Source of the DNA: Dimorphilus gyrociliatus | Lineage: Eukaryota > Animalia > Annelida | Direction of reading: 5' to 3' | NCBI GenBank assembly: GCA_904063045.1 | Contig: CAJFCJ010000026.1 | Location: 164,964-228,963, forward strand | Length of the DNA: 64,000 nt | In this document: in pieces, positions 1 to 11,270 of the stretch | Layout: each line of letters starts with the position of its first letter | Numbering within the stretch: the stretch's first letter is position 1 | Program-made: the position numbers and the translations under genes | Notes under the pieces: model-generated | Database searches by the model: none | Told to the model about the DNA's origin: nothing | Seen by the model: the letters and a program-made list of their open reading frames with translations, nothing else

Positions 1-1291
1 GGAATCGATGGACAAATTTATGACCCAACACAGCTGATTGAACATTCCTGTTAATGAATCTCCTTGAAATATCCAACAACGTAACGAAATGATTGCATCT
101 CATGTAAAAGTATATCACAACGACAAAAATTTCGCTTAGATTTAATGAATTTGCATAAAATTGTTGAGCTACAATCATGTAGCTAATATTCCATTTACAT
201 CAGTCCCTTAAAAATCTGGGGCAGCACCGCAGCAATCGATGATAGACGGGTACGTATTACTTGCTTTACACAGAAATGATTAATACGGTTCGAACTCGGT
301 ACCTCTTAACTGAAAAAGTATTCAAATACTTATGAACAAGCTGATATAACACGGATTTTCTCTTAAACATGATCAAAAATCTGATCTACCCGGATTATAA
401 TGAATTGTGAGGATATTGTTTCTATGCCTGGATAGAATAGATATAAGTAAAAACTCTACACATCTTTCGGTAAGTCTCTAAAAATTCGACAATTAAAAAA
501 ATTGGTTATTTTCAAGATTTATAGAAACTTTAGATCTAAATCTAAAGTAAAATATTATTCTATAATCTAACTAGCTACTCGATATTATCAAAAATCAATA
601 GCTTTTTGTCCTTATCATTTTTAGATATATTTCGTTCCTAAATTTGTTCATTCTTTATCATTCGAAAGTTGAAATGTTTTTAATAATCTATTTTAACTTC
701 TTAAAATATTATAATTGTTTACTGGGAGAAATACTTTCTATTAAGTATATATATATACTATATATATTATATAGTGCGAGAGATAACTCTTATTAATCAA
801 AGCTGGCACTATCTTTTGACTCTTGAAGAAAAGATTAATAAGTTTTGATTAAAGCACAAGCAGATAACAAATTTTACTACTTTATATTTATGTTTCTGAT
901 ATACATTTGTACTCTGAGACCAAATATTTAAAATAGATTTTATACGATCGTTTTTATTTAAAATATTTATTAGCTATTATTTATTTTCTTAAAATTAAAA
1001 TTTAATGCATTTGCCCAACAAAACAGACAATAAATATTAATGAATACTCTACTCCAAAATATAAATGGTTTCCTTTAAGAGCAGTGATTCTAGAATTTGA
1101 GTGAGATATTTAATATTTAAATGAGTTGAATATCTTTGAACTAATTTAAGTTTATTTCACCGCCTATAAATATCGGCAATAATTTTCGTAAAATATATTT
1201 AAATAGAACGAAAAGGGATAAATTTATTAGAATATTTAAAGAGCCAGCTTAATTTGTAGCCCATATGTTATTTATTTACGAAGAAGTTTTA

Positions 1292-1302
1292 GCGCATGCG
1301 CA
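1292..1302. promoter_or_regulatory. NRF1/EWG-type palindrome GCGCATGCGC(A) upstream of 4E-T
   Basis: GC-rich 10-bp palindrome in very AT-rich DNA, about 230 bp upstream of the 4E-T ATG; matches the NRF1 consensus YGCGCAYGCGCR at 11/12. Confidence 0.55.
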
Positions 1303-1532
1303 ATTTCCTGCCTTCATCATTCGAACGACATTTTGGTTGTAGTTGTGCTTGTTTTGAAAGCAAATTGAGAAACTTCTCGTCAATTTGCCGTATTTTTTTA
1401 TTAACTAAAGAAAACATGATCTCAGTCCGACAGTTAGAACAATAATTACAGCTAGCATTCCGTATGTACTCAATTTTTTAGGTAAATTTGGCATGTTAGA
1501 ATGTTCACATAGACATTTCATTACTTCGACAG

Positions 1533-4047
1533 ATGGACGAGGAACCGGCTCCAAAGAACGAATGCGAATCCCCTTCAAAGAAGGAGGGCAAGAAGAAATC
1601 TCGACCAAAGTCATCGAAATCTGCTAAAGGAAGAGAATCTCGGCAGTCGCAAGAAAAAGAAGGTATCGGGGGCTCACCGAAGAAACAGTCGAAAGAAAAA
1701 AGTCAAGAAAATCGTCTTAAGCGAGAAAATTCTAAAAATCGGCGTCGACATGCCAAAAGTGAAGGAACGGATGATGCTAAACCTTTAGACAAAAAGTCTA
1801 ATAGTGCGAAAACCAAACCAAAGAAAATTGTATCTTACAGCAGGGTAAGTGAAACATGTTTTATCACCATTTTTTTTAAATATCAAAGCACAAAAATTAA
1901 CGTGTAAAACTTTGATATTGCTCAATTAGGAAGAACTACTCAAACTACGAGACTGTGATTTGGCACAAAAATGGCCGGTATCATTGGATCCAAAGTATGC
2001 TCGAGGGTATTTATTATTGATATTATACAAACTAAAAATATATGTTAATATATAATAATTAATACGTAATATAATTATTTAACAGATTTAGAAAACTTTG
2101 GAAACCCTTAGCTTGCTTCGATGAAAGAGAGAGCGAACCTGATGAAGGTCCTATTGAAAAAGGTAATTTAATAATTGTTTAGAAATTAAATCTTATCTCT
2201 ATTAATTTTCAGAAGCCCCAAAGAGATACAACGAAAGACGTTACGGAACTGGTAGAGTTATATCATGCAACTCTGAGAGCGATTATATGAACTTATATGA
2301 TGATACCAGCATTAGTCGCATTAGGACCCCGGAGAAAGCTCCAGAATGGTTTACTAATGCTCCAACTAGTCAAAATGATGTTATCGAGCTAAAAGGCTTC
2401 GATGATGATGAGGAAGTGTCCGAGGAAAAGGATGATAAACCAGCATCCCCAATGCAAGATGATTCGGCTATATCATCTGTCCTGAAGCCTGGAAATCAAC
2501 CTCCAAAGCAACCAATGTGTAATGGGTTCTTCCCTCCCAATGTTGAGTCTATGTCACAAGCCTTGAAATCCGCACTGGTAAGAAATGTTGAGCATCAAGG
2601 TAGCTGTTACATAAGCATTTTTAAATTCTAGGGTATGAAAAATGGAGGTAAAGAGGTTGATCAGCATTTTGATTCAAATATGCTTAATATGGACATGTCG
2701 CATTTAATGGTAAGCGATTTTTAGAGAAATTTACTTATTATATCTAAAAACGTATTTGTTCTCAAGGAAAATGAAAACGTCGCTAGCCGTGCACATCAAT
2801 GGTTTGCTCCTGAAAATGAAGAAAGAGAGCAATATGTTGAAATGAACGGTGAACGGTCTCCAATCGGTCAAACATTTCCTGGACTACCAGACAAGGACCC
2901 AGAATACATTAGACAATGGATGTCACAAGCGGCAAACGAGAATTCTGGTATGGATTTTGCAACATTTGAAAAGTTAGTGCTCTCAAATAATACAAAAACA
3001 CCTACTGCTGCTGCTGGGCAAGAAATAATGATGGAAGTACTTAAGCAGCAACATGCCAATCAGTTGATTCGAATGATTCAACAACAGCGTCAAAAACAAG
3101 TAATGTCGGTTGGGGCTTTGGGTATTAAATCTCCCCTTGCTGCAATGCAGTTTCCTTGCCAATCTCCTTCACTGACACTATTAAAGCAGCAATCTTCTTC
3201 ACCGAGAGCGCCGTCTCCAATAATGTTTGGCAATCAACCACCTATGCACCTGAATGCCCCAGTACCCATCCGTCCACAGCCGCAAACTCCAAATCCAGAT
3301 TACCTGACGTATCACACTCAAGCTATTATGCAAAATGCACTACTAAAACGTCAAATGGAAGGGCAGAAGAATTTTTTAAATAAGCAAAAGTTAGAAGAAA
3401 GGAAACCCCTTAGAGTTCCTTTTGTTCCTACAGCTGTTATGAAAAATCTTAACATATCAACAAACAAAGAAAATGAAGGTGGCTGTAACTCCGTTACTCC
3501 GCCAAAATCCTTAGATCTTACCCCTGAAAGCGCTGAAGATCGGGGAGCAGCAACAGGAGTTGGTGGAAATCTACTGAGTCCGGCTTCATCTAGTTCTAGT
3601 AGTGGTGGTAACATTACTATAACTATGCCAGGCCCATACAAGATAAAATCGCCAGCGGACAATCAACATGAGAGACTAATAAAGAAGGAATTGGAAGAAC
3701 AAGAAATGATGAGAGAGTATCAAATGCGTCAAAGACAAATGAGATTGATTGACGAACAACTTCGAATTTATGGTGAAAACTCGAAAGTTGGTCGAGATGT
3801 GATCGCCATAGAAGTTCAAAGGATGCAACTTAATGAACATTTGAACTCAACAACGGGTTCACCACTAGGTCGACCGGTGCTTGGCAGCGGAAGTAGCATA
3901 AGTAAAGTACAAAACGAACAGGAAAACAACAACTTTGCAGATCTATCAATGTTTTTTGAACCGAACGTCTTACAACAAGCGCTGACGAAAATGCCACCGA
4001 TTCCAGCTCACAATGTCGTATCTGTAAACGAACTTGAACGACACTGA
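1533..4047 (+). CDS. EIF4ENIF1: eIF4E transporter (4E-T), 6 coding exons, about 729 aa
   Basis: Exons 1533-1844, 1930-2006, 2086-2162, 2213-2577, 2632-2709, 2767-4047, all GT-AG and phase-consistent. Canonical eIF4E-binding YxxxxL-phi motif YSR|EELL across intron 1; RRYGTGRVI; PEWFTNAPTSQNDVIELKGFD; C-terminal VVSVNELE. All match recalled 4E-T motifs. Confidence 0.9.
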
Positions 4048-4329
4048 CCTTTTAAATTCGCAAGCATTCCAAACAACAGCCGATATTGTTTCGTTTTTGT
4101 TCGGTGGCTGGTTTGTCGCTCGTGCTCCTGCTTTTAACCTCACCAACACAAAGTTGTTGGCTATATTGTTGGTGAATGATTTTAAATGAATAGTACTTAA
4201 CGATTGCTACCGTTCGCTTTTTTTCGTGTGTCATTTTTTTCAAGAAAGCATGCTTAATTTATGAAATACAAGATAAATGTATGCCACTTGTTTCGATGTC
4301 TGCATATCAATTTGGAGACGATACTTAAT

Positions 4330-6524
4330 TTACTTTTCTAACATTGAGAGTTTTAACACTTGTTCCAATTCTTCATCTTCCTTTCGACGACGTTCATCTC
4401 TTTGTTCTTGTTCACGTACCGACATGTCAATGGCCAACATCAGATCATCATCAACATTTGGAACTGATGAAGCTTCAACAATATCATTTGTTTGTGCGCC
4501 TACTAAACTAAGACTTTCCTCCAATGCTCTAAAAATTGTAAGACTTAACGCGGAATCATTGCATATTTAAATCGTTACCTTTGGAGTGCTCGTTCCTCAT
4601 CTGATGCCATTAAAAATCCAGAGGGTTCATCAGTGGGTTTACTTTGATTAAGGGCTTCCATTAGGGTTACTTGATCTCTTTCAGTGCCACTTTCAACTAA
4701 ACTTTGTTTTATAGCAAACCTCAAGAGCCTCTCATCTTCATCATGAAAACGAGGATTCATAATACCTGATTGTAGGATCTTATAATTGCTTCCTACATCA
4801 AAAACTTCATCATCGATAGTGCACCTGGAAACGGTACCGTCTTGGTAGGAATGTACGTTTTCAACAGGATTTTTTAAAGAGTAAATATTGTCAAAGGTTA
4901 TTCGCGCATTTATCACATGAAAAAGGGGGATTTCTGCGAAAAATAATCGTTTTGCTATTATATAGTAGTGACTAATCATTGAAATACAAACCGATTTTAA
5001 CGGGAAAACCAGATGGCAATTGTAACGTTATAAAGTCTTTGAGCTTTTGAAAGTGTGCGTTTGAGACAGCCATCAAATCGATTATCGGTTGGACTTGTTC
5101 TTGTAAATTTAAAGGAAATTCTTCAGATAACCACAAAGTAGCTTTAAATCTTTGTGTTTTTGTACTGGTCTCTTTTGGTCTACCAATATCTCTACCTTGT
5201 AAATCGATTCTATCATTGAAGTACTCTTCTGGTGTAATATTACATGGGTTATTTTGGGTGCTTGAAGTCTCCTAAAATTTAAAATTATTGATAAAAATTT
5301 AAAAATAATATTTAAATCTTACGCAGGTATATTGACTATTATTTGCGGCTTTCTGGGTTTCGACTGTGCTCAATAAAGAGTCAAGAATGGTTCTTTGATT
5401 TTGTGATTTACTTTGCTTTTTATCCAACTCGGTTAAATGTTCAGAACGACTTTGAGTTATAATTTCAACATTAGATGCACTGAAAACTTTACATTCTAGT
5501 CCATTTAGAGTTTCAGATCTGTCGCTTCTCCAGCCCCAGATACCGCTTTTACTCCTTTCAAAAGATATTCTATCTACGTCAATAAACGTTGTGGCAATAG
5601 GAGACGTTAGTCGAACAGCAACAGCATCTTCTGTTGGTTGAAGTATTTGGTCAGGTACAGGTTGCAAATCTAACATTTCTCTACGAGTTGTTCTGGTGTC
5701 ATGATCAATTTCTAGTACTTCAGCACCATTTTCGGTAGCTTTAAATACACAGGATCTGTTTCCTCGAATCCACTTCATATTATCGAAACCAATCAGAGTT
5801 GTATCAATACGAACTTGTGCACCAGACTTCCATACTCGATACGTGTCACTTGGGCACACACGTGATATAAGTGGAACTATTTTACAAATATAATTTGTGA
5901 TATCATAGAATATTTAGTTGTTAAAGCTTACCCCAACTAGAGAATTCCCATTTCATTTCTACATAAAAGTCTGGCGACTCTTTTAATATTTTTAACAAAC
6001 AAGGAATATTCTGGGTTTTCTTTTTCTCTCGCTGAGCATCTCTATGTTGTAATATTAAAGCCACAAGCTCAGGATCTCCTGTACTTGTTGCCTCGTGAAC
6101 AACTGAAAAACATATTCAAGTAAATAATACTCAAAAGTTTAATTTCTATATGAAATATATACCGCATGTTTTACGGTGCAGGGAAAGAAAAAATTTAAAC
6201 AATTATAGATTTTATTAAATATATTCTTACCTGACCAGTATTTCTTATCTTGAAATGTTGCGTCTGCTCCAAATTTTAGTAACAATCTAGTTGATTCTAA
6301 ATGACCTAGAACCACTGCTAACATTAAAGGGGTCCTCCCTCTCGGATCCAAAGCCTCCAAATTGTTCTGAAATTTCAACATCTGTGCTTAGATAACATTG
6401 AAAAAAATAATCAATTCATAAAAGTTACCTGTCCTTTTAGGAGTTCCTTATCTAACTCTACATAATTATTTGACCACACATGCCAATGTAGAGGAAATAG
6501 TTGTGATAAATTGCTCGCTGACAT
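4330..6524 (-). CDS. ANKRD13: Ankyrin repeat domain-containing protein 13 (ankyrin repeats, central DUF3424-type domain, C-terminal UIMs)
   Basis: ATG 6524 ([17 protein letters not shown]), ankyrin [17 protein letters not shown], central [32 protein letters not shown]-like [15 protein letters not shown] / [11 protein letters not shown] / [15 protein letters not shown], stop 4330-4332. Confidence 0.93.
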
Positions 6525-6749
6525 TATTTTAGATCGAAAAAATAATACCAACGAAAGTGCAAGATAGTGTGGTTTGAGTTCTGACACGATATTTTGTTAC
6601 AAGTGATGAAGTAGGAGCTTTATCAAGGAAGAAACATTTGAAGCGATTTTCGTAATCTAAATTTTATTTAATTTCTCTTTCTTTCTTTTTAGTATATTTA
6701 ATAACTTCGATTAAAAATTTTATTTAATTTATCTTTATATCTAAGATCA

Positions 6750-6757
6750 ACTTCCGG
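6750..6757. promoter_or_regulatory. ETS/GABP site ACTTCCGG in the ANKRD13/GIT bidirectional promoter
   Basis: Exact reverse complement of CCGGAAGT inside the 334-bp gap between two divergent ATGs. Confidence 0.45.
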
Positions 6758-6858
6758 TTAGGAGAGTAATAGCTCTTCACTTTTAGTGAAAAATGAAAAT
6801 ATCGCCTTTTAGTCACCATTTATTGTCTTTATTTATGTAAAATCAAATCTAATATAAA

Positions 6859-9518
6859 ATGCTGAAATCAAACAAGCGTTTATCTACTGAAAAATGTGCT
6901 GATTGTGGGTCGATCGGTAAGTTTATCTAATGTGTATAAGTTTTGTTATTGTTTGTTCGACTGAAACCCCCAAGGGAGCATAAATAAGCGTGAACTAGTT
7001 AATTCTAATTCATAACATTTTTTATTACAAAATCCAAAAAATTCAAAATTCAACCATTTGGTCATCTAATTATAATTTTTAAAATTTACAGAGGCACCAT
7101 GGGCGTCCATCAATCGAGGAGTTTTGGTTTGCGATGACTGTTGTAGTGTTCATAGATCTCTTGGCCGTCATATTTCTCAAATTAAAGCAGTAAGAGGTAA
7201 ATGGAGCCAAAGTCAGTTAGGGGTAATTATTCATTTACTTTAGCTTAATGCTTTTAAGTCGTGGGTCTAAAAAAATTATTATTAATAGATGCTGCAGTGT
7301 TTAGTTGCATCTGATGCAAACACTATTTGGGAGTGTACATTAACTGAAGGAACACTTGGCAAGCTCAGTAAACGAAAACCAACTTATAAAGATGCTTTAC
7401 AGTATGTTTTTGCACCTTGTAGATATTTGTTTTTATTCATCGTACCTTAAAAACAGTCCAACAAAAGCCAATTTCATTCGAGCAAAGTATGAAGCTTTAC
7501 AATATGCTTTCAAAGGAAAAGATTCAGATATATTCTCATCCGACGAACTTAATAAGGTGAACTATTAACTAATTAACAGATTACAACAAACAATATCCGT
7601 TTTTATTTAAACAGAAACTATATAATTGCGTTAAAACTCAAAACGTCGACCAGTCACTACGTCTTATTCACCTTGGAGCAGATCCCAATTTTTATGATCC
7701 TGTAAGTTACTCATTCATAGTGACTAATAATTATGACTAATTTTAAAATTACTTTAAGGAAAATGGAAACTCTCCTATGCATGTTGCAGCAGAATTCGGC
7801 CAAATCTGGCAGATAGAATTACTGTTTGTCTGGGGAGCGGATCCTGGCTGTTATAACGCCCATGGTTTGACTCCTGTTGATCTAGCCAAGTAAAGATAAT
7901 ACAATTCTCATTTGAATCTAATTCTTTATTGTATTTATCACTTAACAGAAAGAAAGGCCATGTAGAAATAATGGATCGCTTAATAGAATGTCAATACGAA
8001 TTAACAGACAGATTGGCATTCTACTTGTGTGGTAGAAAACCAGGTAAAGCACATTAATTTCTCTTTATCAATTAGCACATATGTTTTCAATTAATTGTAC
8101 CTTAGTTACTGATAGTTTTTCTTATCTATTTTCATCTTCAGATCATAGAAATGGTCAACATTTCCTAATACCAGAAATGGTTGATAACAGCTCCGATAAT
8201 ACCGATTTAGCTAAGGCTGCTAAGAAAAAACTTCAAGCTGTTAGTTTCAAATTTTATCTGATTACAGATTTATAAGATTAGTATGCCTTTTACAGCTTTC
8301 TAATCATTTATTCGAAGAATTAGCAATGGATGTTTACGATGAAGTAGACCGAAGAGAACTAGATGGAGGTAAGTGGAAAAAAAAAACAAAAAATCTTGTA
8401 TTAAATCTTATCTATTTGCTACAGTGTGGCTTCAAACACAAAACCATTCATCTGTTGTTTCTGATAAACATTCTGTTCCATTTTTACCCGTAAATTCCGA
8501 ATTCACTTCAACTAGAAATCAAGGAAGACAGAAATTAGCACGATTTAACGCTAGAGAATTCACTAATTTGATCATTGATATACTCAGCGACGCCCGCCGA
8601 CGAGAGCAAGTCATTTTAAATAGTAAATTAGGTAATTCTCTTGTGAAATTTAGACTGAAATGCATTATTTATTAAATTTGACTTTTTATAGCTGGTGCAC
8701 AGAACGAACATCCTAAAAAAAGTAAAAGATCAAGTTTGAGTGACGATGAACCTCTGTATGATAGTGTAGCTTCTGATGAAGATTATGCAAATGCTATCGA
8801 TTCTGGAATTGGCAAATTTGGTGACCCCGAAAAAAAATCGCTTGATTTGAGTTTACCCTCCTCCTCTCCCTCAAATGGTTCTTTGTCAGTTGTTGATTTG
8901 GTTGACATAAAGAAAGAATTGATTGAACAAAAAGCGAAAGTTCATGAATTGGCTTGTGCTAATCATGAGCTAAAGAATCAAGTAAACGATATGAGCCATA
9001 AATTAAAGAAATTGATGTTGGAAAATTCAGAACTGCGAAATGGAGCTAATCCCGAACAAATAAGGCCCTCTTTATTGAATGGTCATGACATTGTCTTTGG
9101 CAACGATTCAGAAGATTATTTATCCAATAGTAAAGCATCGACATCGAGAAGTAATAGCTCTGAAAGTGGAACACTACCAACTCAAGATGAAATTATTAAA
9201 AGAACGGAGAAAATAACAAAAAGAATTCAAGAACTTTTACGATGTGCTCAAGAAGCCAAATACGAGGCATATGGGCTGTGTTCCGAAAAGATATTTAGTG
9301 CAGTCTATGACATGATGACCTTGTTTTCCAACTCTATGGAAGTTGATCGTATCCAAATGGTCCTAAGTCAATTAAAGAATGGAGCCAATCAACTGAAGCA
9401 AGAATGCAATTCTATTTCGATAGAGGATAATGATCTTAAAGTCCATACCCAAACTGTCATTCAATGTGCCTATGATATAGCAAAAGCTGCGAAAGCTCTG
9501 GTTCTACTTTTCGAATGA
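6859..9518 (+). CDS. GIT: ARF GTPase-activating protein GIT (ArfGAP, ankyrin repeats, Spa2-homology, coiled coil, paxillin-binding C-terminus)
   Basis: ATG 6859; zinc finger CADC...PWASINRGVLVCDDCCSVHRSLGRH over exons 1-2; SHD FEELAMDVYDEVDRRE and STRNQGRQKLARFNAREF; YDSVASDED; C-terminal VIQCAYDIAKAAK. Confidence 0.95.
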
Positions 9519-9763
9519 CATTATAACAATGATTTCGACGTAGTCTAGTCAACTATCAGGTGGTGCCATTTTTGGCAGTTACGTTAAGATTAAAAACAAA
9601 AATTTCCGCCGATTGTTTTCTCCTATCATTACTAGTCACTCGTTGACGTCTCTTCGTGAATGTGCATTTAAACTTTCTTTTTGATACGAATGAGTTGCCT
9701 ATTAAGTATCCTAAATATACATAGCTTAATTAAAAGTTTATATTAAGAAAATCCTTTTATAGA

Positions 9764-10483
9764 TTATCTGATTACTTCATAATGCTGGACAGTTCTTGGA
9801 AAAGATGAAGCACCATGCTGTTCCAATAGTCGTCTTCCGTTAAACAAATTTCTGTTGCCACTTACTCTTTTATGCCCATCCGCTGTCCACGTTGGACCTA
9901 TATCCTCACCCGTGAGAACATTGTATCGTCTGGCTTCAGGTCGATAATGTTCTACCCCAGGTCCTAAAACAAGACCTAATTTATGATGCACTCGACCGTA
10001 TTGAGAAATTGGAGCGGAACATTGCTGTGGTTGTCGAACAAGTGACTCTTTTAAGTTTGTGCTTGCCATCATGCGTTTCGCCGCCAATTTATCATGCTGC
10101 CTATGTATTGATGGCCTCAATTTATAGTTAGTTGAGTAATTGGTTGTCAAGTCCATGTGGCTGTCTGTCCCTAAACGTTCGAAATTGGAAAGATGTTGAC
10201 ATGGCGCCATTTGAGGTCTCTGTGGTATATCTTGTGAACGATTACCTCCATGAGATAAGGAGGTTTCCGTTTCGTATTTGGCTTGATCTCTTTCATACCC
10301 AAAACTGTGTGTTGTTCTGTGCATACTTCTTGCACCTTTAAAAGTTTTCACTGCGTCGTATTCAGCTCTAACTTCCTTTGACGTTTTATCACTTATAATA
10401 GGCATATAAGAATTAACATAAGCTGATAGTGCAACCACCTTCTTTCCAAATCCTGGACTTTTCTCCATATCAGTATTGTGCAT
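9764..10483 (-). CDS. Intronless uncharacterised protein (239 aa), possibly ciliary microtubule-associated
   Basis: 720-nt ORF that fills the gap between GIT and ZMAT5 with no competing gene model; no family recognised. Confidence 0.7.
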   Translation of the reverse strand: MHNTDMEKSPGFGKKVVALSAYVNSYMPIISDKTSKEVRAEYDAVKTFKGARSMHRTTHSFGYERDQAKYETETSLSHGGNRSQDIPQRPQMAPCQHLSNFERLGTDSHMDLTTNYSTNYKLRPSIHRQHDKLAAKRMMASTNLKESLVRQPQQCSAPISQYGRVHHKLGLVLGPGVEHYRPEARRYNVLTGEDIGPTWTADGHKRVSGNRNLFNGRRLLEQHGASSFPRTVQHYEVIR

Positions 10484-10583
10484 TAACCGATCTCAGGAAG
10501 ATAAACTGCTGTTGTCCTTAGAGACAGTGCGCTCAACGAAAAGTGTTCCTATTATGGACACTACTTTATTTTGGAACGCATTC

Positions 10584-11245
10584 ATGGGTAGAATATATCA
10601 TTGCGAATTTTGTAACAAAACCTTTGCCGGTAGTCAAATAAATATAAAAAATCATCGTCGAGGTGCAATACATAAACTATTTAAAGAAAAGTATTTCAAT
10701 AAAATTAGAGCGTCCTCAGGTATTTTTCACATTCCTTTATATAAAGTCTATATATATACTGTACATATACATAAAGAAGCCCTTATCGTTTATCTGAACA
10801 GATCCTTTGTCCCTTTTAAAGGAAGATTCTCTTAAGAAACTTTGCATAGATTTTTACAAAACAGGTAGGAAGGTCTAGTTGAATTCAACATATAAAGAAA
10901 ATTACAGAATTATCATTTTAAATTAACAATAGGAAATTGCAAATTTGGAGCGTCATGTGTCTATTCTCATCTAACCGAAAAAGATAGATTTACTGCTTAT
11001 CGCCATAGTATGTGAAACAAATTTTCCCTTTGATAAGATAACTAATAATCTTTTTTCCAGTCATATACTCGTCTAAGAAAGTGAAAAAGCCACCCAATGA
11101 GAAAAAGTTGCTTGAAAATTTGGCTAAGCCGGATGAATATTTCAAGCATATATCAGAAACCTTAGAATCTAATTTTACGTCTCCTTCAATCTCTTTACCT
11201 ACGTTTACTGATTTGTCAGAAAACCTTGATTACGATTGGGTTTAA
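10584..11245 (+). CDS. ZMAT5: Zinc finger matrin-type 5 (U11/U12 snRNP 20K protein), 4 exons
   Basis: MGRIYHCEFCNKTF...NHRRGAIH (U1C/matrin-type finger, cf. human MGKRYFCDYCDRSF). Splicing yields the CCCH finger LCIDFYKTGNCKFGASCVYSH; ends YDWV* at 11243-11245. Confidence 0.85.
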
Positions 11246-11270
11246 CATTAGAATTTTCTATTTAACTGTA

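Noticed and set aside
1-54. Possible last exon of an upstream gene (GIDGQIYDPTQLIEHSC*)
   Set aside because: Too short, no recognisable motif, no visible acceptor within the window.
280-305. GGTTCGAACTC resembling a tRNA T-loop / Pol III B-box
   Set aside because: No T-stem pairing on either strand and no cloverleaf or A-box found.
10476-10583. N-terminal extension of ORF 10476-10835
   Set aside because: Homology to ZMAT5 starts at Met 10584; the extension overlaps the divergent gene's start, and the ORF's 3' part is intron read-through.
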